Positions 62,125 through 64,000 of a stretch of DNA of 64,000 nt are shown in pieces. The stretch spans positions 1,280,001 to 1,344,000 of the forward strand of contig CAWEPZ010000011.1 of NCBI GenBank assembly GCA_963811105.1, written 5' to 3'. The DNA comes from Candidatus Bathyarchaeota archaeon (lineage in GTDB: Archaea > Thermoproteota > Bathyarchaeia > Bathyarchaeales > Bathycorpusculaceae). The translations under genes and the position numbers were made by a program. Under the pieces are notes generated by a model. It had not been told where the DNA came from, searched no databases, and saw only the letters and a program-made list of their open reading frames with translations. The stretch's first letter is position 1. Every line of letters starts with the position of its first letter.

Positions 62125-63345
62125 TTGAATGTTAAGGAGGCAACCAGAATTTCGAATGGCCCCTCTGAGAAATTCTTGGGAATGTTCAGGCAAACAGCGA
62201 TAGCATATTTTTTTGACATATTCGGATTGCTAGCCGGCTTCCTAATTGTGTACCAACTTGACGTTTTTACGCGTACCCCTTGGGCCTTAGCTCTTTATCC
62301 GACGCTCATAACCATAAGAGTTATTAGCGGTTTACTTAGCGGACGATTAAGCACTGCCTTGCATCTGGGCACAATTTACCCGCGGTTTTTTGGAAACACA
62401 AAAAGCTTCTATAAATTAGTTGATTCGATAATAGTATTAACATTAGTAACAAGCTTGACAGTTAGCATAATTTCCCTTCTCTTCGGTTACCTACTATGGA
62501 GCATAACCATAGCTGATTTCTCAGCCATACTATCGGTAATGGTTTCAACTTTAGCAATAGGCCTGCTTTTCTCTATAGTAACCATCAAGATTGCTTTTGT
62601 CTCGTTCAAAAAAGGCCTGGACCCCGACATAATTGTCTATCCAATAATATCTACAGCCTCCAGCATTTTCACAACCTTATGCTACATAGCTGTTTTGGAC
62701 TTGTTTTTCTTTTCAACTTACTTTGGAAGGTTGGTAATTCTTGCCATAGGATTTACACATGTATTTTTGGTATTATACTTGCTAATTAAAAACAAGCGAG
62801 AACCGGAATTTATTAAAATAATACGAGAATCTTTGATGATGTTGATGGTTGTAGCTATTTTATTAACCTTAACGGGAACTATTTTCAAAGGAATCAGCAA
62901 CTTCGCACAAAACCGAAAAGAAATCTACACAATTTATCCAGCCTTAATTAACATGGTAAGCAACCTAGGGTCAGTTGTAGGCTCCACTACCAATACTAAA
63001 CTTGCTTTAGGTTTGCTTGCACCTAATTTCTCCTCAATAAAAAAACACACTAAGAACATTACAAGTGCATGGGTGGCCTCACTTTTGATTTTCACCATTT
63101 TAGCACTCATATCTCTAATAGTAAATCGTGTGTTTGCGCTATCACCAGTACTTAATTTCTTGGAAGTAATCTGGATTTCTAACGTAATTGCAGTCAGTGG
63201 TATGGTACTTCTTTCTTATGGAATCGCAGTACTAACCTTCAAAAGAGGCTTAAACCCGGAAAACTTTGTAATTCCAGTCGAAACATCCTTGGCAACCATT
63301 ATAACCTCGACAGCACTACTATTGGCATTACTTTTAATCGTATAG
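62125..63345 (+). CDS. Archaeal MgtE/SLC41-like divalent cation transporter
   Basis: Duplicated membrane halves: RLSTALHLG / KLALG and GLDPD / GLNPEN. Confidence 0.82.
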   Translation: MNVKEATRISNGPSEKFLGMFRQTAIAYFFDIFGLLAGFLIVYQLDVFTRTPWALALYPTLITIRVISGLLSGRLSTALHLGTIYPRFFGNTKSFYKLVDSIIVLTLVTSLTVSIISLLFGYLLWSITIADFSAILSVMVSTLAIGLLFSIVTIKIAFVSFKKGLDPDIIVYPIISTASSIFTTLCYIAVLDLFFFSTYFGRLVILAIGFTHVFLVLYLLIKNKREPEFIKIIRESLMMLMVVAILLTLTGTIFKGISNFAQNRKEIYTIYPALINMVSNLGSVVGSTTNTKLALGLLAPNFSSIKKHTKNITSAWVASLLIFTILALISLIVNRVFALSPVLNFLEVIWISNVIAVSGMVLLSYGIAVLTFKRGLNPENFVIPVETSLATIITSTALLLALLLIV

Positions 63346-63408
63346 TTAAAAGAGCACAATTAAAATAATTCAAATCGCTATTTACCTTTGGAGAGCGACC
63401 TCAACGAT

Positions 63409-64000
63409 ATGCCTAAATTTGAAAAGATAGAATACAAACCCATTCCGGTGAGAGAACTCCTGCTTGAAATGAAAAACTTATCTGAACTAATGATTGATTT
63501 GGCCTATTCCTCGGCTTTGTATAACGATAATGACCTCGCTGAAGATGTTCTTGCACTTGAAAGTCGAGTAGATACCCTGGCATACCTTTTAGAGATGGAA
63601 ATAATGGTTGCCTCAAGAGATCCCAAAGACGCAGAAGCATTAGTTGGCATTTCGAGAGTAGCATCCTCTACAAATAAAATTTCAGATGCCGCTGCAGACA
63701 TAGCAGCCATAGTAACACGGAAAATTGGAATCCATCCCATAGTTAGACAAATATTTGAACAAGTAGAAGAACGCCTAATCAAAGTGACAGTTAAAGCTAA
63801 CTCAGCGATTATCAAGAAAGAGATACGCGAACTCGATTTAGCAGCAAAAATGGGCGTTGATATTATAGCTATTCGTCGAAACAACGATTGGATACTTAAC
63901 CCTGAGAAAACGGAAAAGGTCTTACAAGGAGATACGTTGATTACTCGTGGAGCGCAATCGGGGATTGAAGAATTCAAAGATCTAGCTGAAGGAGTGCTTG
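63409..64000 (+). CDS. PhoU + TrkA-C domain protein (partial)
   Basis: MPKFEKIEYKPIPVRELLLEMKNLSELMIDLAYS...GVDIIAIRR...GDTLITRG; open to the window end. Confidence 0.85.
   Translation, partial: MPKFEKIEYKPIPVRELLLEMKNLSELMIDLAYSSALYNDNDLAEDVLALESRVDTLAYLLEMEIMVASRDPKDAEALVGISRVASSTNKISDAAADIAAIVTRKIGIHPIVRQIFEQVEERLIKVTVKANSAIIKKEIRELDLAAKMGVDIIAIRRNNDWILNPEKTEKVLQGDTLITRGAQSGIEEFKDLAEGVL

Overview
Archaeal DNA; gene content (paired PQQ-like beta-propeller surface proteins, MIT-AAA, Alba, TBP, single-chain RpoB) suggests a TACK archaeon, most likely Bathyarchaeia (inference). 1-11.7 kb is core: MFS transporter, the rps6e-eIF2g-PIN-rpoE1-spt4-DUF359-rps24e-rps27ae cluster, a B12 radical SAM enzyme and rpl3-rpl4-rpl23-rpl2-rps19. 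An intron-containing tRNA-Ser(CGA) at 12051-12174 starts an accessory region. Its 27-bp 3' end recurs three more times (16377, 18583, 21886), each copy preceded by TTACTAGTAAATT. These copies delimit three integrase-less cassettes (NikR + metal ABC importer; PAS histidine kinase; Hcp + regulator), followed by a broken tyrosine integrase and a DUF3800 pseudogene with a structured downstream RNA candidate. 24-42 kb is a dense cluster of normally core transcription, chromatin and proteostasis genes outside their usual context: TRAM, two thermosome subunits, Vps4/CdvC without ESCRT-III, TBP, Cdc48, an intact RpoB followed by a decayed RpoA' stub, Alba, a Cren7-like protein and many Cys-rich or acidic microproteins. 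The rest holds two surface beta-propeller proteins, an acn-icd-aclB-aclA (ATP citrate lyase) operon, a transglutaminase-like surface protein, a fused radical SAM/SPASM protein, an MgtE-like transporter and a partial PhoU/TrkA-C gene. All calls come from motif recognition by eye; no database searches were run.
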